Of a stretch of 64,000 nucleotides of DNA, positions 62,509 through 64,000 are shown one piece after another. This DNA is from Emiliania huxleyi CCMP1516 (lineage: Eukaryota): assembly GCF_000372725.1 (NCBI RefSeq), contig NW_005201360.1:332881-396880 (forward strand). The letters run 5' to 3'. The notes beneath the pieces are model-generated. The model was given only the letters and a program-made list of their open reading frames with translations, made no database searches and had not been told where the DNA came from. Both the position numbers and the translations under genes were made by a program. The first letter of the stretch is position 1; the number at the start of each line of letters is the position of its first letter.

Positions 62509-63577
62509 GGAGCGGCCGCTCACTGCTCGGTACCCCCCCTGCACATCTAAAGCCATCCCTGCTGCTAGGGGGGGGGGTCCGACCCCCCCAGCAGCAGAGC
62601 GCTGCTGCTGGGGGGGGGGGGGGTCCGGACCCCCCCGTAGCAGAACGTTTCTGTCCGGGGGGGGGGTCCGACCCCCCCAGCAGCAGAGCGCTGCTGCTGG
62701 GGGGGGGGGGGGTCCGGAACCCCCAAAAACAAAAAGCTTCTTCCCGGGGGGGGGTCCCCACCCCCCCAAGAGCAAAAGGGACGGAACCAGATTTTTCGCC
62801 TTTTTGGCGCCGCCCCACCCTTCAACCTTGGGTTTTGTTTGAACGGGACCCTCCAANNNNNNNNNNNNNNNNNNNNNNNNNNNNNNNNNNNNNNNNNNNN
62901 NNNNNNNNNNNNNNNNNNNNNNNNNNNNNNNNNNNNNNNNNNNNNNNNNNNNNNNNNNNNNNNNNNNNNNNNNNNNNNNNNNNNNNNNNNNNNNNNNNNN
63001 NNNNNNNNNNNCAGCGTCGAGCACACTCGGTGTCAGAGCGTCGCGCCAAATCAGTAGTCTCATCACCGAGTGATTGCTGGCCTGTGGCGTATGACCTCGC
63101 GCGGATATCACCAACGACGAGCATGCGAAGATAGGGAACAATATCTTGTACAGGCTGTGCTCCCTGCTGTGCCACGGCGTATGCCGATGGGCTGCAAGAG
63201 CCGTATCTTCCCTCCTTGAGGCAGAGGCGCCGCGATGCACGAGAGGCGTAGAGAGGCTGGCGTGCCCCGCACCTCCCGGTTGGCAGTAGGAGGGCCCGCC
63301 GGTGAGACCACTGTCTGATTTTGGTGCCGACCATAAATTATCGCCACTGGAACGCATGCTACTTACAGCTGCTGTCTGTAGACTGTACAGAGATGCCAGC
63401 ACCCCCCACAGGCAGAGCGCTCCTGCTGGGGGGGGGGGTCCGGACCCCCCCAGCAGCAGAGTGCTGCTGCTGGGGGGGGGTCCCAACCCCCCCAGCAGCA
63501 GAGCGCTGCTGCTGGGGGGGGGGTCGGCCATGGCTTTAGATGTGCAGGGGGGGTACCGAGCAGTGAGCGGCCGCTCC
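62509..63577. mobile_element. TIR element with palindromic minisatellite arms, spanning a gap
   Basis: ggagcggccgctcactgctcggtacccccctgcacatctaaagccat is inverted at 63530-63577. Arms carry ggggtccggaccccc / cagcagcagagcgctgctgctg units. Confidence 0.8.
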
Positions 63578-64000
63578 TGCGAGAATTGGCGAGAAACACC
63601 CGAACAGAGATAGGAAGAGGTAGACGCCCGAGGGTGGGCGACGGCTAGCACCGCACTCCTCTCCTTAAAATCCCTGTGTGGTGGCGGCGTGCCGTCCTGA
63701 TGCCTTCAGCGCATTTTTTCTTTTTTCTCCACGACACGTGTCTGCACGTTGTGTTTTGTTGTAGTCGCAGGCGCGTTTATACCAACTTACCATTCACATT
63801 GTGTGATCTGAGCCGCCTGTAAAATAAATGGGAGTGCTGCTCGCCACCCTTCGACTTCTAGATACTAGAATTGCGAGCGAGGAAGCAAGAGAGTGTGAGT
63901 GTTAGAGTTGTTTTGGAAGCAAAGAAAGAAAGAAAGAAGAGAAAGAACCCAAAGGAGGGATGAGAGGACGGCACGCTGCCACACAGGGTTTTCACGGGAA

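Overview
GC-rich eukaryotic genomic DNA with three assembly gaps. Frequent GC-AG introns, 10-11-nt intronic tandem repeats and the gene content point to a haptophyte alga of the Emiliania/Gephyrocapsa huxleyi type (inference). About 20 mostly intron-containing genes are supported: MCM4, a CSNAP/COPS9-like microprotein, a light-harvesting (FCP/LHC) protein, a flavohemoglobin, a GT54-like glycosyltransferase, two Methyltransf_16-type methyltransferases (one fused to a PhyH-type dioxygenase), BCP1/BCCIP, a cNMP-binding protein, ICT1/ArfB, a Ser/Thr kinase, NUDT22-like, a CBM1 protein, an HTH protein, an ICMT-family protein and a large disordered repeat protein. Between them lie many mobile or repeat elements: a young LTR-bounded element without gag-pol, TIR/MITE elements, SINE-like repeats, a large palindrome and minisatellites. 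The strongest unexplained pattern is that many introns carry a direct copy of the adjacent exon junction, often separated by a CCGAGA(T)-core microsatellite and seen at all stages of decay. This suggests an active duplication-based intron-generating or intron-remodelling process. Exon boundaries were read by eye and are approximate where stated.
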